A stretch of DNA of 64,000 nucleotides from Eledone cirrhosa (lineage: Eukaryota): contig OZ024740.1 in NCBI GenBank assembly GCA_964016885.1, positions 237,088,001-237,152,000 of the forward strand, read 5' to 3'. A program made the position numbers and the translations under genes. Below the pieces are notes generated by a model that had not been told where the DNA came from, made no database searches, and worked only from the letters and a program-made list of their open reading frames with translations. Of the stretch, positions 11,493-24,747 are shown in pieces; position 1 is the first letter of the stretch; every line of letters starts with the position of its first letter.

Positions 11493-12190
11493 GATAGATA
11501 GAGGGTATTCGTTTGGTTGCACGTCTCTGAACAGTTTCCAGATCAATATTCTGAGCAAGATAGGGGTTCCGGACTGGTGATGCAAATTCTAAGTGTGGAC
11601 GCACCATAGCTATATACAGCTTTAAATAGATAGCTGGAGAGCGGCTGACAAAAGTCTTACTGAGTGATGCTAAGACACCCGCAGCCTTCTTGACAATTTT
11701 AGAGATGAGCTTTGTCCAACGCAAATCACTGTTGACAATAATGCCCAGGTCATGTTCACAAGACTTCTTGAGATTCGTGTTATAGAGGGAGTATATGAAC
11801 ATGGTGGTACACTTATCTACATCCAGCTTGAGTTGCCAGTCCATAATACATTGCTGCATTGTGTCCAGGTCTGATTGCAGGAAAGATCTATAGTGTACAG
11901 AATCTATCCTTTTTATCTTGATGTCATCTGTGTATTTCAGCACTGTGGTATTCTTTAAGTTGGCATCTATTTCATTAATATATGCAACAAACAAAAGGGC
12001 ACCAAGAACAGATCCCTGTGGTACACAAGTTGCTATCTCATAGAGTGAAGAATGCTGTCCTAAAACCATGACTACCACTTTTCGACTGAGAATGAAGGAC
12101 TTCAACTAGTTATAAAGATCATCTCTCACACACATTGCAGAGAGTTTTGCCATAAGTCTTTCGTGTGGCACAGAATTAAAAGCTTTAATT
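11493..12190 (-). mobile_element. CR1/L2-type LINE RT fragment
   Basis: VPQGSVLGALLF, KYTDDIK, YIAMVRPHLEFASPV.NPY, LETVQRRATK; same family as 28591-29292. Confidence 0.85.
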
Positions 12191-14455
12191 TTATCATTGG
12201 GAGGATCTTGAGGGGAGAGTCCTCAAGTATGCCTTCTTGCGGGTCCTATCAGAAGCAACCATCTCCAAATGATCCAGAATATTATTGTTGTTATTTTCAT
12301 TATTATTCAAATAGTAGTCATTATCATAGAATGCTTCCTTCCCCATATTTTGAAGTCTCATGTAAGACATTATCATTATTATAATTATTATTGTTGTTGT
12401 TGTTATCGACATACTTATGGCTCTGTGGTTCTCAGTTCGATCCCCATTGTACAAGTACTAAATTTTCATACTTGGTAATGAAACTTGGCAGACAACAACT
12501 GTAGTAAAGTTTGATAAATATTTCTCCTTGTTTGTATCATACCCTGCTAGTACTGTTTATGCTGTGTCCCTTAATAAAATAAGTACCTCACTGAAGAATA
12601 TACTGGGTTGATATGATCGTCGCAATTAGTGCTCCAGCATAGCCATAATCTAATGACTTAAACCAGTACCGGAATAAGAATAAAACTAATATATATTGCA
12701 TATATATACTGTGTATGTGTGTGAGTATGGAAGGGGCGAGAGGAGATGTATATATTACATATATAAAGGTAGTTACTCATCTGTAAATCAACCGATCAGT
12801 GGTCATCGATTAGAGTTCGATGTATGACACTGATAAATGTTTTAATTCAAGCAAGGTATAGAGAATATTAGCATTTTGCTGACTGGTGTTTCACATGAGC
12901 TGGACTTGATCGATAAATGTGTGTGTGTGATGAGAGTTTGTGTAAATTTGTGTAGATGTGGTTATGTGAACGTCTATGTATGTGTAGGAATTGTGCAAAA
13001 AGAATGAGTAATCGTGTAGTTTTGTTTACAGTGTGAGAGAAGCTAGTGTGTGAGAGGGGAGGAATGGCGGTGGATGAGGTTACTGTAGTGATGGAGAGAA
13101 TGAGGAGAAAAAGGTGTACAAGATCCAAAAATGTTACACAATCAAAGGTGACTGGTAACTTTTCACATCAAACCAATGGACCTGCTCATAAAACGGGAAA
13201 AAAAGGAAGAAATGTAACACTCCCGTAGCGAAAACGGGTGATAGAAAATATACACCGAACGAGATGGACCATTGAATAGCACAACAAAATATAACAGGAA
13301 TAATATGTCCTTTCTAAAAATAAATTTATTTCTACAAGAAAAGGGTTATTTTATGGTCATCACTCTGTGTTGATCAGGTGATTTCTGTAAAACTAGATAC
13401 TAGTGTTGGGATTCATAAAGCATACTGACCAACCTTAATTTAAACTAATTTAAACAAAAAGCCTTATACTTCACAAGCTGTTATGAATGGAGGGATCTGA
13501 AATCGTTCTCCGAAAAACGATTAAAAAAAACTACGCTTGCCAACAGACAGTGAGTGTTTTAACCACGTAACCATCTATGTAAAGAGCGTATGAGTAAGAA
13601 TATCGATCGAAACAATTATACAACTAAATCTGACAAGACTTTAGAAAGTTATCGTAATAGGATGTTAAGAAGAAGTGGAAGCTAAGTCGCATGTGTGGTC
13701 CTTCTGAGTTCATGCAATGAAAAAAGGTGTGGTGGTTTTGTTAGCCCATGTCCTGTATAAACTATCCTGACATCTTTATTGATAGTGTTTGTTAATACGT
13801 AATAATGTCTGGAGCAAGCGGGTGACCCTAACCTGCTCAACATGGTAAGACGTGCATATAGGGGTGTGTCTGGAGTAGACATGAAGCGTGTGTATAGAGA
13901 TGAATAATAAAACCTCATGACTAATAACAGAAGTGAAACTATGGGAGAGGGAAGAGATAGTTGTGTGGTTAAGTGTGATAATTAGCGAATACAACCACCT
14001 TGTTTTTTTAATGACGACGACGATGAAGACAACAAGCATTGTATGAGTTTCCTCTTCCTTCTTGCAAAAGAAAATTCAAATCCTGGACTTAGGGGAGATG
14101 TAGAGGGACAAGCAGTGATATTGATTGAGGTAGACAGAATGAATACATTTCATTTATATCATATTCAACAATAACAATGGCAATAAATAATAGCAGTCAT
14201 TGTGAAAAGTAAAGCCAGGATAAGAGGAGATAACATGTGACAGTGATACGACAGTGTGGTGAATGTGTCAAAAATAACAGATAGATGTAGGACAGCTTCC
14301 AGCCATAGGTGGACACAGGTCAGATAGGGTTACTAACTGGAATTTTTAAATGTGTGAGTATATATATCTATATATACTCACAAATTAACAATAAGTAAAC
14401 AATAAAACGTTATCATATCTATGTATGCGTACGCCTATGTGAATTTGTGTCTGTG

Positions 14456-14500
<45 letters not shown>

Positions 14501-14615
14501 TGCGTGTGTGTGTATAGAGAGAGAGAAGAAAAAAAAGAGAGATAAATAGATATGTGTGTGTATATAGTATCATACATACATGGTGTGAAATAAATAATGG
14601 ACGAGAAGATATTAC

Positions 14616-14656
14616 CTTTTGTCTTTGCCACAACATTGTGTGATACAATTGCCCAT
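14616..14656 (-). CDS. Probable first coding exon of a host gene encoding an N-myristoylated/palmitoylated protein (MGNCITQCCGKDK-[S/R])
   Basis: actATGG Kozak context, upstream in-frame TGA, MGxC motif plus a CC cluster, ends at AAG|GTAAT donor; lies in unique CpG-rich sequence. Confidence 0.6.
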
Positions 14657-15039
14657 AGTAAAGTGTCTGTGAAGGAGCACTCGCCGAGAATGCAAGGTGT
14701 CTGGCGACAGACTAGCTGTGGCGGCATTGGCTGCAGTAGCGAGTGCAATGGTTCACTTTAATAATGGTAAGTTGATGCCTTACTTCCAGGCCAGCAACAA
14801 GGATGACACCGAACATCAGATAGTAAGTAATCTCCGACAGTGTTGGTGTGGAGTTGGACGGCGACCATGGTGGAACACACCCTGACTAACCGACAGAGAC
14901 GAGCTGTTTAGTTGCCGCTTTCTCTGTCTGAAGAAGCAAAAAGACACCAGTAGCAGCTGTAGTAGAATGTCGACTGATTGTATGGATGAATGTAAAAAGC
15001 AGGCAAGAGGAGGCGTCGTCAGTGACAACAAGGAGAACA

Positions 15040-15195
15040 GTGGTGGTATGGCGGCGGTTAAATGATCGGAAACGGAAGTATGGTGGATCGATAAATCTAG
15101 GCTGTTAGCAGACGACGCGTGGAGTGGCGGAGATTAGTTAACGGAGAGGACTGACAGGCGTTTAGTGGGGCGAACTGGGTGGGCGAGGGTTAATT
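15040..15195. promoter_or_regulatory. CpG-rich housekeeping-type promoter region
   Basis: Locally high CpG/GC content; YY1-like ATGGCGGCGG (~15048), ETS ACGGAAGT (~15072), GC-box-like GGGGCG/GGGTGGGCGAGGG (15167-15189) upstream of the 14656 ATG. Confidence 0.5.
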
Positions 15196-16171
15196 TATTT
15201 TACTAAAAAAACAACAGAGAGGAACCGATGAACCAATTCTAATATAATATAAAATACTGTAAAAAAAAAAAAAAGACTGCAGGACAAATATTAGTGACTA
15301 ATATTGATGATAGTTGATGTTGGGTAACTGATAGACAGTATTTTATTCCAAACTAATAAACTAATTACAGGTAAGTGGTGATGTACTGGATGACATATGC
15401 AAAATATTCTCAATGAATTGGAAATTGTCTCTTAATTGGTGTAAGGAAACAAAAGCCTAGCAGCATCAGCAACTCTCAGATAACAAGAAAAATAATTTCA
15501 AGTCCATTAAATCTTCCTTTTCCCTTACATGTACCAAATAATAACAATCGTACTCAAATACTTCGTAAACTCACTTGAACCCAAACTAACAAGGGAGCTA
15601 TTCTGTAGTTGTTCAATCTTACTTTTTTTTTATGAATTAATCAATTCTTTTCAGAGCCTCTGTGATTAGTGGGAGGAAATTATCTTCAGACCAGAAACCT
15701 GGCATAAATCTTTAGCCAAGGACCAGGTGGTGCTGTTAAACTAAGTAACAGATTTAGTCTACTATCCAAGAACAGAAATGATTTATTTGTTAAGAATTAT
15801 AATTTTTGTCTTTAAATGTCTAAACAATGACATTCTGCAATTACGCACATACAGATATGATAAACTAAACCATTTTTTAAATTAACAAATTAACAAAATC
15901 AACAATAACTTCTGGTGTCAAAAATATTAATATTAGTATTAAAGCATGAAAAATTGAAAGAAGAAAAAACTATTAGATGGTGTATTAGCAGAATTGTTTG
16001 TTTTCCATGATTCTCGGGTGCCTCACTAGAATAGTTGAACAGTTATTATATCTCAGAAGATCTCATCTAATCCCCACCTCTCGCTCTCTGTGCTTTCACA
16101 AACACCCTTATCTTTAGATTTAGATTTTTTTCTACATCTTTCTGTCTTCTTATTTTTATTCTCTTTCCCTC

Positions 16172-16220
<49 letters not shown>

Positions 16221-17668
16221 ACTTACCTCACTCTCTTCTCCTTACCTCCCATCTTTCTTCTTACCCTGCTCATACCTTTTTCTTTCCTCTACAATAAGCC
16301 AAACTTTAAATTTTTCCTCTGTCATCTACCCATCTCCATTCCTACTTAAAGTTTCTCCTTGTCATCACGGATTCTCCCATTCTGCCCCTCTCTCTCTTCT
16401 TTTCCCAAACCAAGCACTTCTATTTTGACCTTCTCTAATTTTATCAAAATATTTATCGTTCTTCTTCCACTAAATACATTGGCTCAAGCATGGTACATCT
16501 TCTCTACTCTTTTCTAAATCTTCACTATTTACTGTAACCTTCCCCAAGCCTTTTACTTCCTCTCTTCCACTATCATGCTCCTCCTTACCCATTCTATCTT
16601 CTGTTTCCTGAACTGGCTGCTTTTTTATTTCCTTACCTGTAAGATTTCCAAACACCACTCTCTCACCATCACTTCACTGACTACACCCCTCCCCTTCACA
16701 TGATCCAATCAAACCATACCCCATCAATGCCCCTACACCTACACTATAACCCTTCTCCTACTGACACCCTATACTCCTCATGCTATTGTTACTTTACCTA
16801 CCCAACTTATCTCTTTAAAGTTGAACATTGTCTTCTTAATAGGGGTCTGCACATTAAACTCCTCATACTCACTGTTGGCGAGTTTTGGATGCAAGCTGAT
16901 ATCAAACAGTTTTTACATGGTATGAAACTATGCACAATTTTTCATGATACTCTACTCACAATGAACAATTCAGAATGCTTCAAAAACCTTAACTAATGAC
17001 CATCACATTGGAGGCCAAGTTTTGGCTAATTCAGCATCTTGGAGTTGTTCATCAGTCCCTGCCACTGCCCATTAGATTGTTTCAATATTCAGAAGCCTTC
17101 TTAGAGAAGCAACATTACCTGGGTCAAACTATCTGCTCTCCACCTCCTCAAATGCTATGAAAACATTGTTGTCATCAAACTGGCTGATAAAGGTGTTCCT
17201 GTGATAATGTGGTGCACTAAACAGAATCCATTTCTGTTTACCTTGACACCATTCTCTGATCCTTGGTGACTGCTCTTCTCTCTCATATCCATGACACCAA
17301 CCATACTCTTTGCTTCTTTAACTATTTCTCCTGCCCCACCTCTCTCCCCCCCTGAGTACCTCTTCACTTTTGATATTAAATCCCTGTACACCATCAGTCC
17401 TCGTGAGAAGGGCCTCTGCCTTCCCTCCAACACTTCCTTAATATTCATATTACTCTCCATTCCTGCACCTCTACCCTCCTGTGTCTAACTAAACTCATTC
17501 ACACCCTCAACTGCTTTTCCTTCCCAGATGAAATTTACTAACAGGTCACTGGGGACGAACTGGGTGATAACCATGCTAATTTGTTATCTACGTGTGTTGA
17601 ATCCCAGATCTTCTCCCACTTCACTGGTTCTGCTCCAGAGCTATATGATCATTACATAAGCAACTGTA

Positions 17669-17943
17669 TTAACCTCTTCAGTGCCGTAGACGAGATAACT
17701 TGTCCTAACATATTTGAACCCCTTTCCAACATTTCATAACTTCAAAGTTATGAACTCATTTCCAACAGTTCCTAACTTCAAAGTTATGAACTCGTTTCCA
17801 ACAGTTTATAACTTCAAAGTTATGAACTCGTTTCCAACAGTTCATAACTTCAAAGGTAGATGGGGTTACTACTTTATTGATGTGACATTTGTCAGCACAG
17901 CAACTGTAACTGTGTAAAATAAATGCGGCAGTCAACAGGTTAA
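17669..17943. mobile_element. TTAA-flanked piggyBac-type MITE carrying a 36-bp minisatellite
   Basis: TTAA at 17669 and 17940; imperfect TIR CCTCTTCAGTGCCG / CGGCAGTCAACAGG (11 of 14 positions match). Confidence 0.7.
17715..17855. repeat. 36-bp tandem repeat x4 (TGAACTCGTTTCCAACAGTTCATAACTTCAAAGTTA)
   Basis: Direct inspection; yields a 12-aa periodic ORF. Confidence 0.92.
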
Positions 17944-18289
17944 TGTCACCTCTCTCACCCACAAATAACTCAAATTTTTATTTTTTTTATTTACTCTTTC
18001 CATCCTTCTCTATCTGCAACTTTCATCAATTTTCTTGATATTTCCATTGACAACCTCCATGTGATGAATCACATCCATTTGTTTAAAGTCTACTGATTCA
18101 CACTCGAATCTCGACTTCAACTTCTTCCATCCAACCTATGACTTTGATTCATGATTGTACATGGGACCCCATAATATTTGGGCCTTTGGCCCATATATTG
18201 TATTTTCCTCTTTGAGAAATGCAAACAATTTTTTTTAATTTACAAAAAGAAATATGGAGGTAAACCCTCTCCTTCAATGTGCTAGAGCA

Positions 18290-21200
18290 CAGAGACTTTG
18301 TAGAAAAGTGTGCATGTTATCAATATGTCAGACGTAGAGCTGAAGATAAATTATGCCATCACCACACCCACTAATACCATCACCTGTACAGACGCCACCA
18401 CCACTACCAACAGCATCAACACTAGTATCAGCAGCAGCAGAGGCAACAGCAACGACAGCACTAGTAACAGCAACAGCAGAAGCAACAGCAGAAGCAACAA
18501 CGGCACCACCCCCACCACCACCACCAACAACAACAACAAAGATGACAACAACAATAATAACAGAAGCAACAGCAGCAAAGGTGACAAGCCTGCAAAGCAG
18601 GCAAGAGCCCCCCAAGTAACCATATCCTTCATGAGGGCGGCCAAAACTGTAGAAAGGGTCCATGTCAGCAACAAGAAGTTGAGGGAGGCCTAGCTTTTAA
18701 TCAAGAAGAGTGGACACAGAGACAGCCTCGTCCATCCATCCGACGTCATGAGCACAGATGTCTGTACTGCACAATTGGACACAAATCATGCCGGGTGGAA
18801 TGGGCGACCGAGTTCAAAGGACTATGGGTACTGTCTGGGTACAAAAAACATATATAGCCCGGGTGACAAAATATGGCCCTGTGGATGTTTCTCCTCACTA
18901 CTTCAGAAGAAGCCAGGGCACATTCGATCACACCACTCCACAGCAAAGAGATGACCATGGAGCCGATGTACTGCAGCCGAAAAGTTATTAGGGTCCAAGT
19001 GACCTAGGTTTCAGCATCAGTTGAGATCGCTTGGCTGATGGTGGCCATTCTTGCTGAAGTCACAGAGATGACCACCATCTTAGATGTCAATTAAATAAAG
19101 CAAGAAAACTGGCAAGGATTGGGAATGGAGCTGATAATTTAATTAAACTATGAGAATATAGAGGCTATCCCTAAAGTGATCGACCTGGATGATGGCAGTC
19201 ACCTACCTGTGACTGTCAAGGGTAGAATGCCAAAGTGCTACATATGTGGAGATGAAACACACCTAAAGGCCTTCTACCCAAATGTAAGCAAGGCAGGAAT
19301 GAGCCCCCTCTCTTCCCTATGCCAGATCTGATGACTGGAGTGGCCCAGCCATCGGAGGACACAATGGCAGCAAAATTACCGACACCAGCACCAGCACCGG
19401 CAACATCAACAACATAACCCACCCACCCCTAACACCACCACCACCAACAGCGATACCAGCCCCAGTGGAGAATATGCCCCTTCCCGACATTGCACAATTG
19501 GACAATGAGTGTGATGACGCTGAAGGGTGGAAAATGATCAGAGCAAAGAAAAGAAGAACTTCCACCCTCCAGGGTGAAACAAACAAACAAAAGAATAGCA
19601 AAGGCATCAACGTCACCACCACCATCATCATCAACAGCTAAACCTCCACAACCGCCAATACCATCACCACCAACAACTTCCTGAATACAGACACAGTACA
19701 CAGCTATAGACACAAACAAAAAAAAAAACTTCCATATTACATACAACACAACATCACAGAAACAATCCCAAAATATTGCACCACCCACACACATAAAAAT
19801 AGTCGAAATTTCCCAAAAGACATACACAATCTTAAAAGAAAGTTCCCTGGGGCAATTGGAGACTATCGAGAGACTCAAAGAGAATAAACAATGACATTCT
19901 CGTAGAGAAGCCAACCACCAGCCAGAGGGATGGATCACGTACCCTCCTTCCAAAAAGCCATAGGTAAAGTAAAGATTTTTTTCCCTCTCATCTGTTTTCT
20001 TCCTATCTTAGCCAACATGGCGTCTCTCAGGATAGGCAGTATAAATACATGTGGTCTGGGGTCATCTTGGAAGCAAGGCCATCTGTTCAATGATCTCAGA
20101 TCGCTGAACGTAGATGCAGTGGCCATCAGCGAGACCAAAATCTCTGGGCCACGAGCATTTTCACCCATTTTCAGTGGCTACGAGGTGTATGAACCTCCAA
20201 GCCATCCGGGATCTGGGGTGGAGTATTGTTTTGGAGAGGTCTGGATCTCAAGATATGATCCATATTCTTGGATCCAGAAGGTAAGTTGGTGGTGCTGAAC
20301 ATGACCAGCAGAGAAGGACACGCTTTAAGGCATATGGCCTTCTACACCCTGACATTTCCAACTGTCTGATAGGTACTGTCTGGATTTTCCGAATGTGCCA
20401 ATGTGGACATGGTCAAACCTCATCAGGTCATCCAGATCATATCTAGATAGAGTATTCAAAGGGGATATAGATAGGTCTAGCATAGGATGTCCATATTTCA
20501 AGGTGGTCGGCTACACAAACCACAAATTTGTGATGTGTGGTACACCTAAATAGTTTACATAAACAGGGACCCAAATACTGGAAGCTGAACACATCGCTCC
20601 CAGCATGTAAAGACTAGAGACCGGATTAGGGAATTAGTTAAGTGAGCGTTGACAGGGCAGTTGGTGGTTCACCCTAAAAAGGGCAATCAAAGTAGATTTC
20701 ATTAGGTTTAGCAAAGCTATAGTGATAGAAAAGAATATACAAGAGGGAGAACTAATTAGAAAACTAGATGAGAGCTAGAGTGCATGCACTAAGACAAGAG
20801 GGGACAAAAGGTGTTTAATGGATTCAGGTGGCAGAGGTGTGGTATGGCAACATAATCCCATCTTTGGTGTACCATGACGGGTGCATGTTAGTCAATCCCG
20901 AGCAGATGTGTGTAGCCTTTCGCTCAACTGTTCGGGAGCAGGCCAAATCGTGGAATGGATTTTAGTCCCTACCTCGACGGCCTGCTATGACTCTTGGTGA
21001 TGGAGACAGAGTGCTGCGAAAGGCTGATAATTGCTGCTGAAATACGAGAGGCAATGACTGGCTGCATGAGGGGTAAATTGCCTGGTTTGGATAATCTGCT
21101 CTACGAGCTTTACCTACACATGCCAGGCTTGTTTGGTGACATCTGGGAAGACATTTACTGCAATTAACAGCAGAACAGGAGAATTCTTACTTCTGTGAGC

Positions 21201-22510
21201 CGAGGAGAAGTGGCGTTTCTGAGAAACGATCTGAACAAGGGAGACAATGTAAATAATTTCTGGTCCACAACTCTGCTGAATGCAGGGTTCAAAATTTCAG
21301 CCAAGGTATTAGCAACGAGGTTGGCAGTTGTCAATGGAGTCTAGTCAGAGAGGCACAGACATGCACCATTCCAAACAGATCCATCCACAACAACCTCAAC
21401 CTCATGCGATACATCGTGGATAGGGTAGCTGAGGAACCTGGTATAGGAGGGGCTCTGATCAATTTAGACCACTTAAAAGCATTCAATAGGGTCGACCATC
21501 AATACGTGGTGGCTGACCTCAGGGTGGCCAGCTTTGGGCCTCTTTTCAGAGGGTGGGTCACTGCCATACATAGAAACGTATGCTCTGGGGTGAGAGTGAA
21601 CGATCACCTTTCAGAACTGTTCAACATCATGCGTTTGGTTCGCTAAGGTTGTCCCCTTTCACCCCTGTTGTATGTATTAACTCTAGAGTCATTACTGCAT
21701 GAACTGTAGATGTTGAGGGGCATCCCATGCAAACTGGGATGCAGGAAAACTGTATTAGCATATGCCAACAATGTCACCATATTGGTGTTGAGCGCCAAAC
21801 ACATCGAGGTGATCTGCACTACTCTAAGAGAGTATGAGGCAGTGGCAGGAGCAAATATTAACCCGGAAAAGTCGGTTGGCCTGCGGCTTGGCACCTGGAG
21901 ATGTAGGTCTATACCATCCAACAGCTTTGTCGGGTGCTATGCGGACAGAGTGGTTAAATTGCTAGAGGTCTGGTTCAGTACGGACCTCCAGATTGACAAA
22001 AATTGGGACGAGGTGACAAGCAGGGTGGCCTCTCTCACCCAGAAATGGAGGAAGCTGTCCCTGAAAGGTAGAGTGGAGGTGGCGAACGTGTACATCATGT
22101 TTATCATCTACTACCGCCTGACCATCATGCCTGTCCTAAACCTTGTCTGACTGTACTGGAGTGTTTGCTCTTTTGCTTTTTTGTGGAAGGGACGTGCTCC
22201 GATGGTCAGGCAGTCTATCTGTTGTCAATACCCGCTATGTGGAGGGCTGGGTATGCCGTAGCTGATGATGCACAGACATGCGCCCGGGCTATGGCATCTC
22301 CATCTCTTCCTTGATGGTGAACAGATGTAGTCACTGTTTGCTAGGCACGTTTTTGCCCAGCTCATCTCCTTGGTGGAGCTGCAGTCCTGGGTCAAGCAAA
22401 GACCAAGAGGAAGCACTTGGAGTTTGGAATGTCTTCAGGTGCTCACCGCCCTTGACCAGTCGGGTGATGCGATCGGTGGAGACAGAGTTAACTAGATGCA
22501 TTTTATAGTG
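18290..22510 (+). mobile_element. Decayed Tx1/L1-clade LINE (ORF1 with zinc knuckle, ORF2 APE-RT)
   Basis: ORF1 low-complexity region with KCYICGDETHLK knuckle (~19233); ORF2 MASLRIGSINTCGL..AISETK (20017); RT LINLDHLKAFNRVDH, VR*GCPLSPLLYVL, AYANNVT, WRKLSLKGRVEVANVYI; many stops and frameshifts. Confidence 0.85.
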
Positions 22511-23260
22511 GATGCATTTTATAGTGACACCAGCACTAGTGACTTGCAAGACTAAAGGGTACCCCTACCTTGTTTCTGTTCAATCAAAGCAATGTGCCCC
22601 AGAAGATGAATAGGCATGGGAAAGATAGAGTGAATTGGGGTGCAGACATGCCAGAGAAGAGTGAAAATGAGAGAAGCATTGTAGAAAGGGGCATGGGAAA
22701 TAGAAGAAAGATAAAAATGGGAGAAGAAAGAAAAAAGTGAGTGATGTATGGTAAGAAGCAGTGATGTCTATCAATGAGGAGTGGTGTTGGTATAACTTTA
22801 TCTAATGCTCATACATAGCTGGAGGAAGAAATAGACTGATGAGGCAGGTGGTAGTGGTGGGAGGAGACAGTGGATAGGATGTTAAGTAGGTGGTAGTGTG
22901 GAACAAAGAGGAAGTTGAATGGAGGTGTCAAAGGAAAGGTTTGTCAGACAGATCCAGTGCAATCCATGTGTCATATATATAGTATGGAGCAGTAAGTATG
23001 AGAGTAGGACAGAAAATTAGAGAGGCGGTCAAATAGATGGGAAGGGACTGGTGTGTCTGTGTGGGAAGAGATTTAGGCAACCTCTTTCACAGGTTCCATC
23101 CACTTTGTATGTCTTGCTCTTTTTACACATACAAACATACACACATTCACACGCATGTGTATGTATCATACCTTCCTATATTCCTTTATTGATATGTATG
23201 TATAAAAGTATATATATATGTGTGTGTGTGTCTCTATGTGTGTATGCATGCATATATATA

Positions 23261-24526
23261 GAGAAAAAGAAGCCACTATGCTTAGCTTTTGTTGACCTAG
23301 AGAAGACCTTTGATAGGGTACCCCGATCTGTCATCTGGTGGTCCCCAAGAAAACTAGGTGTAGAGGAATGGCTTGTGAGGACAGTGCAGGCTATGTACAG
23401 GGGTGCTGGCAGTAAAGTGAGAGTAGGAATGGAGTTTAGTGAGGAATTCCAGATACAAGTAGGTGTACATCAGTGTTCGGTCCTCAGCCCGCTCTTGTTC
23501 ATTATAATCCTCCAAGCCATAACAGAGGAGTTTAAGACTGGTTGCCCATGGGAACTTCCCTATGCTGATGATCTGGTTCTTATAGCAGAATCAGTAGAAG
23601 AGCTAGAGAATAAATTCTGGCTATGGAAACAGCAGTTGGAATCAAGAGGTCTGAGAGTGAACCCAGCTAAGACAAAAGTGTTGATAAGTAGAAGAGAGGA
23701 CAAAACTCTGATTCCATCAGGGAACTGGCATAAATTCCATAAAATGTACGCAATGCAGATCTTGGGTAAACAAGAGATGTAGCAGGATAGCAGGCAAACT
23801 AACAGGTAGGGAAAACTATGTATGCAGTAGATGTACAGGGAAAGTTGGCAGTAGTAATCGCAGTGATAGACACATTTTTCAAATGCAGGTGGGTTCTATA
23901 GAAGTGGTTGATAGCTTCCGGTACCTAGGTAATCAGATTAGCATGGGAGGGAGGTATTCCGAGGCCATAGTACCTAGAATAAGGACGGGTTGGAAGAAGT
24001 TTAAGGAGCTGCTTCCTCTGTTGACAAAGAAGGGTTTCTCCCTGCGTACAAAAGGACGGTTATATCATGCTTGTTTCAGATGTGCAATGCTGCATGGTAG
24101 TGAGACATGGGCAGCAACTGCAGAGGATATGCGACGGCTGGAGAGAAATGAAGCAAGTATGTTCCGTTGGATGTGCAATGTCAATGTGTGTGAACAACCA
24201 AGCATAGACGAGTTGAAAAAGAAACTGGGTATAAGAGGGATAAGTTGTGGTGTCCAGGAGAGAAGGCTGAGATGGTATGGACATGTGATGCACATGGAGG
24301 ATGACCGCTGGGTAGAGAAGTGCCAAGAAATCCCAGTAGAAGGAAGACGCAGTAGAGGTAAACCACGAAAAACATGGGCGGAGGTGGTGAGAGCAGACCT
24401 CAGATCGCTGAAACTCACGGAGGAGATGACGAACGACCATGACAAGTGGAGAGATGCTGTGCTGAATAGGACCCATCCAACACTTGCAAGCAGGGAAAAG
24501 CAGACATAAAATGATGATGATGATGA
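23261..24526 (+). mobile_element. RTE-clade LINE, family C, 5'-truncated, very short 3' UTR
   Basis: AFVDLEKTFDRVPR, PYADD, partly deleted PHD, RRLRWYGHVM; the ORF end runs straight into the CTTGCAAGCAGGG hairpin and (ATG)n tail. Confidence 0.92.
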
Positions 24527-24574
24527 TATAAGAGTGTTGTAGTTTGCTTGAAGCATTGTTGAATAAGAAATATA

Positions 24575-24743
24575 AATTTAAGTAATTTTTAAAAGCCATA
24601 CAATGCATTAGAAAATAAAACATGCCAAGATAACAATAGAATCTTACCTTAGCAAATTTAATTTTGCTAAGGTAAGATTCTATTGTTATCTTGGCCCCTT
24701 TTATTTTCTAATGCATTGTTTGGCTTTTAAAATTATTTAAATT
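24575..24743. repeat. ~170-bp near-perfect palindrome
   Basis: ~82-bp arms with the inner 33 bp perfect and a 6-nt loop at 24657-24662. Confidence 0.95.
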
Positions 24744-24747
24744 AGTA

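Larger units (their letters stand above)
17080..18140 (+). mobile_element. Penelope-like element RT remnant
   Basis: Degenerate PLE RT motifs VIKLADKG, LFTFDIKSLYT, TLNCFSF..QVTG, FLDI, FKSTDSHSNLDFNFFHP; interrupted by a MITE. Confidence 0.75.

Noticed and set aside
17715-17855. CRISPR-like array of 36-bp palindromic repeats
   Set aside because: Units are contiguous with no unique spacers, there are no cas genes, the context is eukaryotic, and it sits inside a MITE.
18310-18693. Low-complexity ORFs on both strands as a host gene
   Set aside because: Trinucleotide-rich 5' part of the decayed Tx1/L1-like ORF1.
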